The notes under the pieces were generated by a model. That model was not told the DNA's origin. It ran no database searches and saw only the letters and a list, made by a program, of their open reading frames with translations. A DNA stretch of 64,000 nt, taken from the NCBI GenBank assembly GCA_963820525.1, contig CAWGAA010000002.1, positions 448,001-512,000 of the forward strand. Reading direction: 5' to 3'. Made by a program: the position numbers and the translations under genes. Position 1 is the first letter of the stretch; each line of letters starts with the position of its first letter. Below, piece after piece: positions 20,701 to 28,827 of this stretch. The DNA comes from an uncultured Spirochaetota bacterium (GTDB lineage: Bacteria; Spirochaetota; Spirochaetia; SZUA-6; Fen-1364).

Positions 20701-23700
20701 CGGGTGAAACGCAACAGCCTGGGGATGGCTGGGCTGCTCAAAACAATCATGTTGCCCCAGGGTGGAACCTTTGAGCTGGCGTACCAGCGCGCGGGAAACA
20801 CCGTGGCAATGCCGCAGAACCGATGGGTTCTTGCCTCTGTGACCAAAGACGATGGGCTCTCCAGCCTGGCTTCGGATCGTGGCGCTCACCGCATCGAAGT
20901 ATCCTACTCCTATGAAGACGGCCAATACGATCGGAGCGAAAGGGAGTTCTGGGGCTTCGCCAAGGTGACCTCCAGCTTCGCGGATGGATCGAAGCGGATT
21001 GTCCACTATCACAATCTGGATCATTTCCGCAGGGGTATGGCCTACCTGACCGAGGTCACGGGCCCCGTGGGAAACAATCCGAATGCGCTGCTGAGGGAGA
21101 GCCGCAGCGAGATCATCAACGTGCCGGTGCCCTCCATTAGCGCCAAGACAGTGAGCTTTCCCGCCGTGCAGTGGGAGCGCAGCCGCTCGTACGAAGAGGG
21201 ACGCACGGACCGGTACATCGAGACTGAACGGGAGTACAGCTATGACAGCTACGGCAACGTTTCGGTCCTGAAGGACGACGGAGATACCGCCACGAGCGCG
21301 GATGATATGGAGGCCAGCATCTCCTACGCCACGCTGCCCGGGTACTTGAAACAACATCCCTCGCGGATCGTCGTGGAGGACGGTGCCGGGAATCTCCTTC
21401 GGCAGCGGGAAGGCAGCTACGATGGTCTGGGCAACCTCACGGAGCTGAGGCAGTGGGAGTCTTCCGGGGTTTATCACAGCTACCTTATAGCCTGGGACTC
21501 TTATGGGAACCTGAAGTCGATCACGGATCCCCGAGGCGCCGCGGTGGCATGGGATTACGATACCGTGGTGCATGAGTATGTGACTACTATCCGACAATAC
21601 AACGCCTTGAAAGCCGGAGTGAGCTACCAAAGCAGTCAGTCATGGGACTATGCGTTGGGCGTACCTTTGACCAAGACGGACCAGGCCGGTGAGACCATGG
21701 AGTACAGCTACGATCCGGCGGGACGGCTGACGGAGGTTTGGAGCCCCTACGATACGGGGAACCTTCCGGCGGTGAGCTACGAGTACCTCACCAACCATTT
21801 CCCCTGGCAGGCGGTGAGCGAGAACAAGCTGACCTATGATCCGGAAGACGAGAGTACTATCGTCACGGTCATTACGGTTGATGGGCTGGGCCGAGTGGCT
21901 CAGACGGCCAAGACGGGAGAAGTGCGGGCTGGCACCGACCACCTGGTGGGGTGGAACTTGTCCGGAGCCGTCAAGTACGATGAGAAAGGCAGGACGATCG
22001 CGCAAGGGCAGCCTGTATTCGAAGAGGGTTCAGGCCTGCCTGACCTGGCGCTCATGAAGAAGCCGACCCTGACCGCCTACGATGCGCTGGACCGCGTGTT
22101 GACGGTGACTTTGCCGGATGGGGCGGTGACGGAATCGCACTATGCTCTGCGGGACGGCAAGTCCCTGGAAGCCGTAATCGATCCCCTGGGCCGGATCACC
22201 GAGCGCCTGTTGGACGGCCGGGGAAACGTGGCCGAGGTTCGGAAACTGAGCAAGGTGGGGATGCTTCTGACCAGCGCCACGTATCAGTACAATCCTTTGG
22301 GTGAGATCCTCACCGTGCTGGACCATAAAGGGAACGCCGTTCGAAGCGAATACGATCTTTTAGGCCGCCGCACCCGGCTTGAGAGCCCCGACGGGGGAGT
22401 CATCACCTACGGCTACGACGAGGCGGGGAACCTGAGCTGGAAGCAGAGCTCTGTGCTTCGCAGCCGCGATGATGCGATCCGCTACGAATACGACGAGCTG
22501 AATCGCCTGGTCAAGACCGACTATCCCACGAGCCCCGACGTGGAGAACGTCTATGGCGGCCCCGAAGCTGCGGATGGCGGGGCAGGCCGTCTGATCTCCC
22601 GAAGCGATGGAACAGGCACCGTAACCTATCTCTACGGGAAGCTTGGCGAGACGGTGGGCATGAGCCGCACGATGAAGCGCTTCACCCACTACCAGCCTCC
22701 CATCACGGCCACATTCCGCTATGAGTGGGACTACCTGGGACGGATGCAGGAGGTACGCTACCCCGATGGGGAGATCGTGCTGTATGGCTATGACGAGGGC
22801 GGGCAGATTGCCACGGTAACCGGGTATCATGACGGCTATTCTGAGATTGACGGGCTGGATCATTGGGGCTCCTGGCATTACTGGTGGTCCCATGACAGGG
22901 GCCGGCGGTGGGGCAGGGGGCACGGCTGGGGGTGGTACTCCTGCCTGTGGTCGCGCAACTGGGGAAGCTGGTGGGGCGGGCACTGTCGACACACCTGGAG
23001 TCACCACCACTGGCACAGAAAGCATCCATCTGAGAGCTTTACGGTGACGGATTACGTGCAAGATATTGGTTACGATGAATTCGGGCAGCGTGTCAGCATC
23101 GATCTGGGCAACGGCATCGAGACCACCTACACATATGATGAGAACAGGCGGTGGCTGGACACGATCACCACAAAGACTGCGGATGCAGTCACCCTGCAGG
23201 GCATCGACTACAGCTTCGACCTGGTGGGGAATATCCAGGGGACGACAAACACAGCAACGGCCTTTGGCAAGGGCTACAGTACATCCACGAGCTATGCCTA
23301 TGACGATCTGGATCAGCTTGTCGTGGCCACGGGGAGTCTCACCAAGACGGTGGACAACACCTACCCCTGGCGGCCGGATGGCTGGCACACGCAGTACACC
23401 TCAAGCTACACGCAGAGCTTCTCCTTCGACTCGCTGGGCAACATGACGCGAAAGACGAGCACGGAAGCCAGCACGCCCCACGATCACCCCTGGGAGTCGC
23501 TGGACTATGACTTGAGCTACCAGTACTACGCGGGCAAGGCGCACCAGGCGGAGCGGATTGGCGACATGTGGTACCGCTACGACGCCAACGGGAACCTGGC
23601 GGAGGAGCGGCGCTGGGGACATGGACGGGAACCGCTGGAGAATCCCTGGGTGAAAAGCTCAGGGGCGCTGGGGATGAGCAACCGGGGCTTTGGGCTTGAT

Positions 23701-25041
23701 ACAGCCGCGGACACGCAGTCGGAAGCGCAGCAGGAGAAGACGCATGAGGGGAAGCCCGGCTATGGGGATGCCGCGGGCAGAAGCTACAGCGAGCGGGAGT
23801 ACGTCTGGGATGAAGAGAACCGGCTGGTGCGAACAGAGGAGCACGGGGGCCTGACGGTGGAGTACCGCTACGGAGCCGATGGGCAGCGGGCGGCGAAGTA
23901 TTCAGCAGCCGGGGAGACGTTGTACTTCGACAGCATGTGGACGGGCACGGTGGACTGGCCGAACGGCTGGCGGTGGAGCAAGCACATCTACGTGGGCTCC
24001 ACGCGCATCGCCACGCGGTTGGGCTATGACGGGCACGAGCAGGACCTGGACTACAAGCTGGTGAACACCTACTATTATCATAGTGACCATCTGGGGAGCG
24101 TGCATCTGGTGACCGACTATCAGGGCAAGGTGTACGAGCATATCGAGTACACCCCCTATGGGGAGCTGTGGGTGGAGCACGGGCCTGAGGGAATAGAGGC
24201 GGTGCCCTACCGCTTCACGGGCAAAGAGCTGGACGATGAGACGGGCCTCTACTACTACGGGGCGCGGTACCTCAACCCGAGGACCAGCAGGTGGATCTCA
24301 GCCGACCCGGCGATAGAAGGCTATCTGCCCGAGGCTCCGGTTTCGGATGAGGCGCTAAAGAAGAATCAGAACCTGCCGGGGATGGGCGGGGTGTTCAATC
24401 CCATAAACTTGGCGGTGTATCACTACGGTGGGAATAATCCGGTAAGGTATTCGGATCCAACAGGGAGAGAAGATACATCAGAAAGATTAGCCTGGTTGAC
24501 ATCTCAAGATTATGTAGGCAATATAAGCGAAGATTTATTATCACAAAGCACATATACTAGGCCTGGCACCGCAATTGGTACAGTAGCTTCGGTGACAATA
24601 CACTATACAGGAGCTGCTAATCAAACGCCTAAAGAAACAAGAGATTTTTGGGAGGGATTGGCAAGCCAGACTTCTGCAACAAAAAATCCTCGATATGCGA
24701 GTGCGCACTATATTATCGGAGTTGATGGTAGTATTCTAAGGACTGTTCCTGAAGGTGAAGTAGCAAATCATTCTGGAGATGCTACAGGAAATACATCATC
24801 AATTGCGATTGAAATGGAACCAATAAATGCAGCAGGGGGATTTGATGATAGAACATATAAAGCAGCAGTGCAATTGACTGCTTCTATTCTAAAAGAAAAG
24901 GGGCTTACTTCATCAGATGTAAAGAGGCATTATGATTGGAATAGCAAAGTGTGTCCGAAATATTTTGTAGATAATCCTGACAAATGGACGACTTTCAAAA
25001 CAGATGTTGGGATTGTTCTTGATGACTTAAATTCTAAGTGA
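14749..25041 (+). CDS. Giant SpvB / FG-GAP / TcdB-midN / YD-RHS polymorphic toxin with a C-terminal N-acetylmuramoyl-L-alanine amidase (Amidase_2-like)
   Basis: GAGGAG RBS and signal peptide; LPAGRG..PELAIRY...GNGILGRGF (SpvB); six D[LIV][DN]G[DN]xxPD repeats; YDRSEREFWGF; YD repeats; RHS core FTGKELD..TGLYYYGARY...NNPVRYSDPTG; tip with IHYT, ASAHYII, SIAIE, RHYDW..KVCP. Confidence 0.92.
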   Translation: MTNWKKMAAIVVLECFIGSLAAPPFVVLAEPAAPEPLRLGSPSAVSDETFIGLGAAQAIAESPLNMMNLEGVAGRTAAMTAPVRTPQPDVKPLELARKMIGTEGGVLEAEGVRLEVPAGAVAEPTEFVILSLEKTASLNEGMANATLGNRGYRFEPDGARFNRSLTVSLAFDPSLAASETALSNLFTYFYNEETNHWERLLRVGVDRDSFRVISMTSHFTDLINATLKLPEGPQPLQFDVNAIKSLEAANPVTGVPQPEGLEGGVFGSASFKLNFRLPAGRGKAVPELAIRYGSDGGNGILGRGFDLGIPSITTDTRFGLPVYDRRDTYVLEGEELVPQGDAASATLFKPRKEAAFAQVVRAQKDGREYWEVTDKGGTTRVYGTGEAWLGPDRGDPSKVYTWYLSQVRDANGNTVDYAYSYDPEGSYSYLTEVRYSGRVTGEKGPYRIILEYEDRQDRRSDARGKFVSKLTQRVKNVQINYNDTLIRSYRFTYRYDEFGQSQLLSYAERDNQGDVVYTYEFEYYKPETQNDGYRAFGASEEQWGGPSTTYLHQGHTTSIGASLYAGVELWIPWFYFWGIGTLALASFGVKGGFSTSSGITSNSLLDLDGNGLPDLVWKNGNQLQAYFNQGGSFGYGPSWNGLSGLLDYDNQDSFFVGASASIGVVSGEATYQTSWSKAKTSFTDINGDGFPDYVKLGDSGFAMNTGSQFSPQSWSFAQSLQTPSGIGDDEEAGYQRTYYQQEPLRRWTAYRSGTVEVEQDARLESGASADGVVLKTYQGDSTIQAFPLHGDERVTPDESRHAYTVERGKALYFHEDTLADERGDYSQWNVKVRYTQVKLFEDLGDWSVIYNPPPNSENSLPWGDIRLQPIYGSSTSNGVTTYTRKTDWQKYTTDEVCLALLEHGAFVPLRIPVEQFQKMYSRGDSEKMLFTQQEIDDLIKAGVSPTDASKSLFLAAGYYYKPEIKQFLWLPEDDLPLRMTDESTKKVNQALLDLIKKYRAPIAQDLLQALNSSERVELGTYVWLDGRKIFPRAAEGGMYEVPVNAPIVYPAPTLGDPPELGTELPTKGLLVDRYTDPVSGGSAQVWMRSGTVVRDLDGVETTIANPELSISGTDPMTVRYRYDGVLREVVVEGRNALLESLPAWVYEGPLTDALLAQETFSTYGYSTLPAAAWTAIRDAISSQTDKDLFIDSYQQAGEDYQLKTDITAADFQALLRILDERTAQSGCLFGVLPGIPGRQNRLMRLTASEYSAFMTVDGSLTGLFGSYAEGGVTWYYLKSTLTTGERTALHAAMIAWRRDREVFPYYQRSTDGKTWNLRADLTAAQREAVKTLLASLGLAIWTAVKRSFLYRSTDLFPVAKASLPSGAGEVSLAPTDGVTRTVAGSSRIRLPSFDSGGQTIYLPLYLHIFDGGIDFSAVDLTALPEGKLYEDTRPVVPDPFSGGVYGWYYGNWSGYYDWGEALLTKDASKGYDPQKTKGAPPPFFTAAEINTADGKPQIVSTGRDSFAHSVAGDAWIGPVSGYSDVELDETGGFTTVAYTFAAVIQGDQVLATRNGGDTYYKIPRGSVQGAGGSLASIRTSKTQALDINGTISLGGIGGGSLSLNTSQSWEYQALMDLNGDRYPDVVQFQEGGSPNFALLPGTGSGFGAAQSFSGLNSHASYFDNASYGFGATLGVAVGSQMLTVDPSGKMVTVTTNGVQGGGASVGVNGTAGYSVQQEGFIDVNGDGLPDQVRRTGTESYSVALNLGNGSFASPAGWDGGLDMQVIEGLPGLQSLPKGITHSGTGSFGGSVGISIAAGVVGGGISVGYTGTVNQTYSQLLDVNGDGLPDQVGKKADENFFRVRFNWGDQFGPEAKLYRPDWGTTEDELKNAISNDLSSLQIDGFGDPFGLTWPTIRGLPGASDNLFAAAMDPYRVDDVLEYTSGVSYNFGANLTVKFLFPLVALTFTAGVNGSTATSSATLKFTDLDGDGLPDHVLKMPGESFLRVKRNSLGMAGLLKTIMLPQGGTFELAYQRAGNTVAMPQNRWVLASVTKDDGLSSLASDRGAHRIEVSYSYEDGQYDRSEREFWGFAKVTSSFADGSKRIVHYHNLDHFRRGMAYLTEVTGPVGNNPNALLRESRSEIINVPVPSISAKTVSFPAVQWERSRSYEEGRTDRYIETEREYSYDSYGNVSVLKDDGDTATSADDMEASISYATLPGYLKQHPSRIVVEDGAGNLLRQREGSYDGLGNLTELRQWESSGVYHSYLIAWDSYGNLKSITDPRGAAVAWDYDTVVHEYVTTIRQYNALKAGVSYQSSQSWDYALGVPLTKTDQAGETMEYSYDPAGRLTEVWSPYDTGNLPAVSYEYLTNHFPWQAVSENKLTYDPEDESTIVTVITVDGLGRVAQTAKTGEVRAGTDHLVGWNLSGAVKYDEKGRTIAQGQPVFEEGSGLPDLALMKKPTLTAYDALDRVLTVTLPDGAVTESHYALRDGKSLEAVIDPLGRITERLLDGRGNVAEVRKLSKVGMLLTSATYQYNPLGEILTVLDHKGNAVRSEYDLLGRRTRLESPDGGVITYGYDEAGNLSWKQSSVLRSRDDAIRYEYDELNRLVKTDYPTSPDVENVYGGPEAADGGAGRLISRSDGTGTVTYLYGKLGETVGMSRTMKRFTHYQPPITATFRYEWDYLGRMQEVRYPDGEIVLYGYDEGGQIATVTGYHDGYSEIDGLDHWGSWHYWWSHDRGRRWGRGHGWGWYSCLWSRNWGSWWGGHCRHTWSHHHWHRKHPSESFTVTDYVQDIGYDEFGQRVSIDLGNGIETTYTYDENRRWLDTITTKTADAVTLQGIDYSFDLVGNIQGTTNTATAFGKGYSTSTSYAYDDLDQLVVATGSLTKTVDNTYPWRPDGWHTQYTSSYTQSFSFDSLGNMTRKTSTEASTPHDHPWESLDYDLSYQYYAGKAHQAERIGDMWYRYDANGNLAEERRWGHGREPLENPWVKSSGALGMSNRGFGLDTAADTQSEAQQEKTHEGKPGYGDAAGRSYSEREYVWDEENRLVRTEEHGGLTVEYRYGADGQRAAKYSAAGETLYFDSMWTGTVDWPNGWRWSKHIYVGSTRIATRLGYDGHEQDLDYKLVNTYYYHSDHLGSVHLVTDYQGKVYEHIEYTPYGELWVEHGPEGIEAVPYRFTGKELDDETGLYYYGARYLNPRTSRWISADPAIEGYLPEAPVSDEALKKNQNLPGMGGVFNPINLAVYHYGGNNPVRYSDPTGREDTSERLAWLTSQDYVGNISEDLLSQSTYTRPGTAIGTVASVTIHYTGAANQTPKETRDFWEGLASQTSATKNPRYASAHYIIGVDGSILRTVPEGEVANHSGDATGNTSSIAIEMEPINAAGGFDDRTYKAAVQLTASILKEKGLTSSDVKRHYDWNSKVCPKYFVDNPDKWTTFKTDVGIVLDDLNSK

Positions 25042-25052
25042 GGTAATGGACA

Positions 25053-25601
25053 ATGAAGAGCTTGGTTCTTTTGCTTCCGGTATTTCTCCAAATATGCTGT
25101 GTAAAAGGGTATTCAAATGAACTTCCGCAAGAAACTTTAGATAAAGTTATTGAACTAATAAAAATAAAGAGTTATAGCAAACTAATAAATGATTATTTCA
25201 GTGAGGATATGAAAATACGGTTTGTACCGCATTCAATGTTGAGCCGGAATGATATAAGCTTATCAAAGCAAGAAATCTTAGATTATTGGAATAAAAACAC
25301 GACCATACATTGGGGCAATTTTGAAGGTTCTGGTTTGCCAATCGATTTGACTATACGTGACTACTTTCACAATTATATTTCTCTAGATCCGGAAGAACAC
25401 TATAAGATTTCAATTAACAAGCGAATTCTTGAAACGGATAGTTCTGAAAGTGTATATAAGGAATATGGCAAAGATGTTGTAGTTGATATTCTTTCGAATT
25501 GGGATAGTCCAAATGAATGGCAAGGAATAAAAATAGTATTCAAATATGAAAAAGAATCCTGGCGAATAATTTGTCTGGTATTTAACCGTTATGAAATATG
25601 A
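25053..25601 (+). CDS. Putative immunity protein for the amidase toxin (exported)
   Basis: AT-rich, starts 11 bp after the toxin stop, GAGG RBS, N-terminal signal with Cys. Confidence 0.7.
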   Translation: MKSLVLLLPVFLQICCVKGYSNELPQETLDKVIELIKIKSYSKLINDYFSEDMKIRFVPHSMLSRNDISLSKQEILDYWNKNTTIHWGNFEGSGLPIDLTIRDYFHNYISLDPEEHYKISINKRILETDSSESVYKEYGKDVVVDILSNWDSPNEWQGIKIVFKYEKESWRIICLVFNRYEI

Positions 25602-25679
25602 TATCCAAACGATGAGAAATATTGATCGATATATTAATGCGTGCACTCCTTGGAATTTGGGAGGGCAGGTTTAAGATAT

Positions 25680-26130
25680 CCTCGCGCGGAGGGCTTCCCT
25701 CGTCCCCCCGCCGCTCTCCCTCCCTGGGACCCGTCCTCACGACATCCCCCCCTGGCTAAGATCTTTGGTCTTCCAGGGAGGGAGACGCTCTTGGGGGGAC
25801 TCGGTTTCTGTACGCTCATCGCTCGCGGGGTCCTTGCCCGCTCGCTCTTCGCTACAGAAAGCCCTCCGCGCGAGGCTTCCTTGGGTGCGCACCATGCCGT
25901 GACGGCTTCTGCGCCGTCACGGCCATCAGGCCCAGAGGAAGGAGGCTGCAACGTATTCAAGCCTCCCCTGAAGGGGCGGCTGACGCGGGCTGGCGCCCCC
26001 TGCCTCCAAAACGGCTGCAGCAACGACAGCAAGCGGCGAGGCCATGGAGGGCCGAGCCGTGTTGAAGGTAGCGGCCACACCGAATGGCGCAGTTCCGGGC
26101 TGAGCGAGAAACGCAGCGTCCGGTTAGCCT
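25680..26130. repeat. Cluster of GC-rich nested inverted repeats (REP/MITE-like or structured RNA)
   Basis: Perfect 17-bp IR 25680-25696/25859-25875; 13-bp IR 25715-25727/25773-25785; gccgtgacggc/gccgtcacggc; ggaggct/agcctcc. Confidence 0.75.
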
Positions 26131-26151
26131 TACAAAGCTTAAGTACCCTAA

Positions 26152-26337
26152 GCGTGAGCGGGCGCAGCGGAAAGCCCGGAGGCGCGCAATCACAGCGACC
26201 GAGGCCGACCGGGGTGTGACATTCCTCTGGATCTCCTACTGCGCCGAGGACTTGTAGCGGAGCACGCGACCCGCCCGAGGGCTGCCACGGAACAGGTGCC
26301 TCGGTTGAGAGTGAATCCCCTCGGGCGGGGTACGCCC
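26152..26337 (+). ncRNA. Structured element, copy 1 (resembles the Flavo-1 motif; may act as RNA or as ssDNA)
   Basis: GCGTGAG..GCGGAAAGCCC...GGACTTG.AGCGGAGCAC.CGACCC...GGGG[CT]ACGCCC shared with 40451-40641; perfect 12-bp stem 26270-26281/26318-26329. The family name is from recall of the Flavo-1 consensus. Confidence 0.6.
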
Positions 26338-26369
26338 AGAGCTTCATTTCTCACTCACCCCTTCCCCCG

Positions 26370-26939
<570 letters not shown>

Positions 26940-27219
26940 ATTTTTGAGTATTCCCACCCGCGTCGGCGCGAAGCGCGACACGGGCAAGGCGTTTGGGCGT
27001 AAGCCCAAACGCGGAACCCGACAGCTGGTTCGCGAAGCGAAACAGCGGGAGGGCGCACACGAATGCCGCAGGCATTCGCGGAAAGGGGCCCCATGACGGC
27101 AGCAGCTGGAGCGCCGAAGGCGCGAAGCTGCGGGAGTCATGGGGAGTGCCAGCGGCTCAACACGCCGCAACGCGCCCTGAAGGCGCAAAATAATCCTTCA
27201 CCCCCTTCAGTCTATTATT

Positions 27220-27334
<115 letters not shown>

Positions 27335-27360
27335 TTTTTTTATTTGCATGTGTGGCACTC

Positions 27361-28827
27361 TCAACCCTTTGAATCAGGCCAAAAGAAAGTACGTTCAGAC
27401 TCCGAGTAATCGCCATACTCCTTCTCGCGGTTCCAAATGCGTAGCCGAATGAAGAAGGCGAGTTTGCGCCCTAGCCGTTCCATTACTTCGGCAAGTACCG
27501 CCTGATCGATCATAGTCGTGGTACCGCAGCGAGTCGAGCCTCCCTTAGGGTACGGCGGCGTCCAATTATCGTTCCATATATGAGTTCTCGAGGCGACCCT
27601 CCCGTCGTATTTCATACAGTCGATGCATTCATGTGTACATCGGAATTCGGTATTGGGAACTGTATAAGGGGCAGGAATCCTAAGACCCACGCCCCAATAG
27701 TCGCCTTGCCATGTTCCAAACGGTATCGGCATAAGGCGACTGCAGACTGCGATCTCGTCTCCCGTTTTGCCTGCTGTGCTCACTTCCTCGATTGTGATAT
27801 CCGCTGGCGGCCCCTTTAGTTCAAATGTATTTGCGACCGATAAGAATTGCGTTTTTTCATGGAGGAACACACCATCCGGTAATTCATAATCCGGTGTTAT
27901 GAGATGGGCGCTAAGCGTTAGGTTGGCGAATCTCTGCACTGACGAAGCTACCGGCGTGTCTAGCGATACGAGTCTCATCCCTTCCATTTGAGAGGCTCGC
28001 ACGAGCTCGTGGATGAGAGATTCGAAATCAACGCCGGGAATACAGAATCTTTCAGGGAAGTCCGAGAGCCAAACCGGTCTTGCACTGGGTTCGACATCGA
28101 AGAAACCTGCAATCCCGTGGACTATCTCGACGCAGTAGCCTACTGCCATTTCCTTGGGCATATGCCACTCGGCAACGGCAATAGCCAGAGTCCGCAGGTA
28201 CGCGGAGAGAAAGACCTCTCTCATCCTCTGCCAGTACTGGCCGATAATTCCAGCTCGTGTGTCCGATATTTTGTCGAAATAATGCGGGTAGCCCGTGCAG
28301 CGTATGCCCAGTTTGTCGTGAATGTTTTTCCACTCGAAAGCCCATTGCTGAAGAAAAGGATAGCCACTGAATCTTTCTAATTCGTGAAAATGGTTTAAGA
28401 AGATTGGCGGTATATGCGAGGTCTTGTACTCATCAAAGTAGCTGGCACTATCGAAGTCGGTAGGAGCTTGTCCTGAGTGAGTCTTTTCCCATCCGCCAGT
28501 GCCGCTCCCTAGTCCATACGTTCGATCTATGATGATGTCGGCGAGAATGGAAGGATGATGGATGCGCGATACGACCGCTGTGAGGGTGGGTCTGCAACCC
28601 GACGAGGTCAGGAAGACGATTGTGAGGATCTCACAGACTTCAGACTCGGTCTTGCACTGATCGAGATAATCCAAAAGTGCATCCGTCGTTGAGGATCTGG
28701 TGCTTGGATCATTTAGAAGGTTGCGGATCTCCTTGGCCGTGCGCCAACGGGACATCGGTACTGGCCATTTAAGACGCTGGAAGAGGAAGGAAAGGGCAAG
28801 CGGGGCCGAGTTTGCTATCGGAACCAT
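27361..28827 (-). CDS. Hypothetical 488-aa protein overlapping the end of the nuclease-STAND gene (putative defence partner)
   Basis: Long ORF overlapping the upstream gene by 13 nt, with similar base composition; no recognised domain. Confidence 0.75.
   Translation of the reverse strand: MVPIANSAPLALSFLFQRLKWPVPMSRWRTAKEIRNLLNDPSTRSSTTDALLDYLDQCKTESEVCEILTIVFLTSSGCRPTLTAVVSRIHHPSILADIIIDRTYGLGSGTGGWEKTHSGQAPTDFDSASYFDEYKTSHIPPIFLNHFHELERFSGYPFLQQWAFEWKNIHDKLGIRCTGYPHYFDKISDTRAGIIGQYWQRMREVFLSAYLRTLAIAVAEWHMPKEMAVGYCVEIVHGIAGFFDVEPSARPVWLSDFPERFCIPGVDFESLIHELVRASQMEGMRLVSLDTPVASSVQRFANLTLSAHLITPDYELPDGVFLHEKTQFLSVANTFELKGPPADITIEEVSTAGKTGDEIAVCSRLMPIPFGTWQGDYWGVGLRIPAPYTVPNTEFRCTHECIDCMKYDGRVASRTHIWNDNWTPPYPKGGSTRCGTTTMIDQAVLAEVMERLGRKLAFFIRLRIWNREKEYGDYSESERTFFWPDSKG

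Noticed and set aside
23050..24465. Diversity-generating retroelement template/variable repeat pair
   Set aside because: The repeat is 1.4 kb, differences are not adenine-specific and are mostly synonymous, and no reverse transcriptase is present. It fits RHS orphan-cassette duplication.
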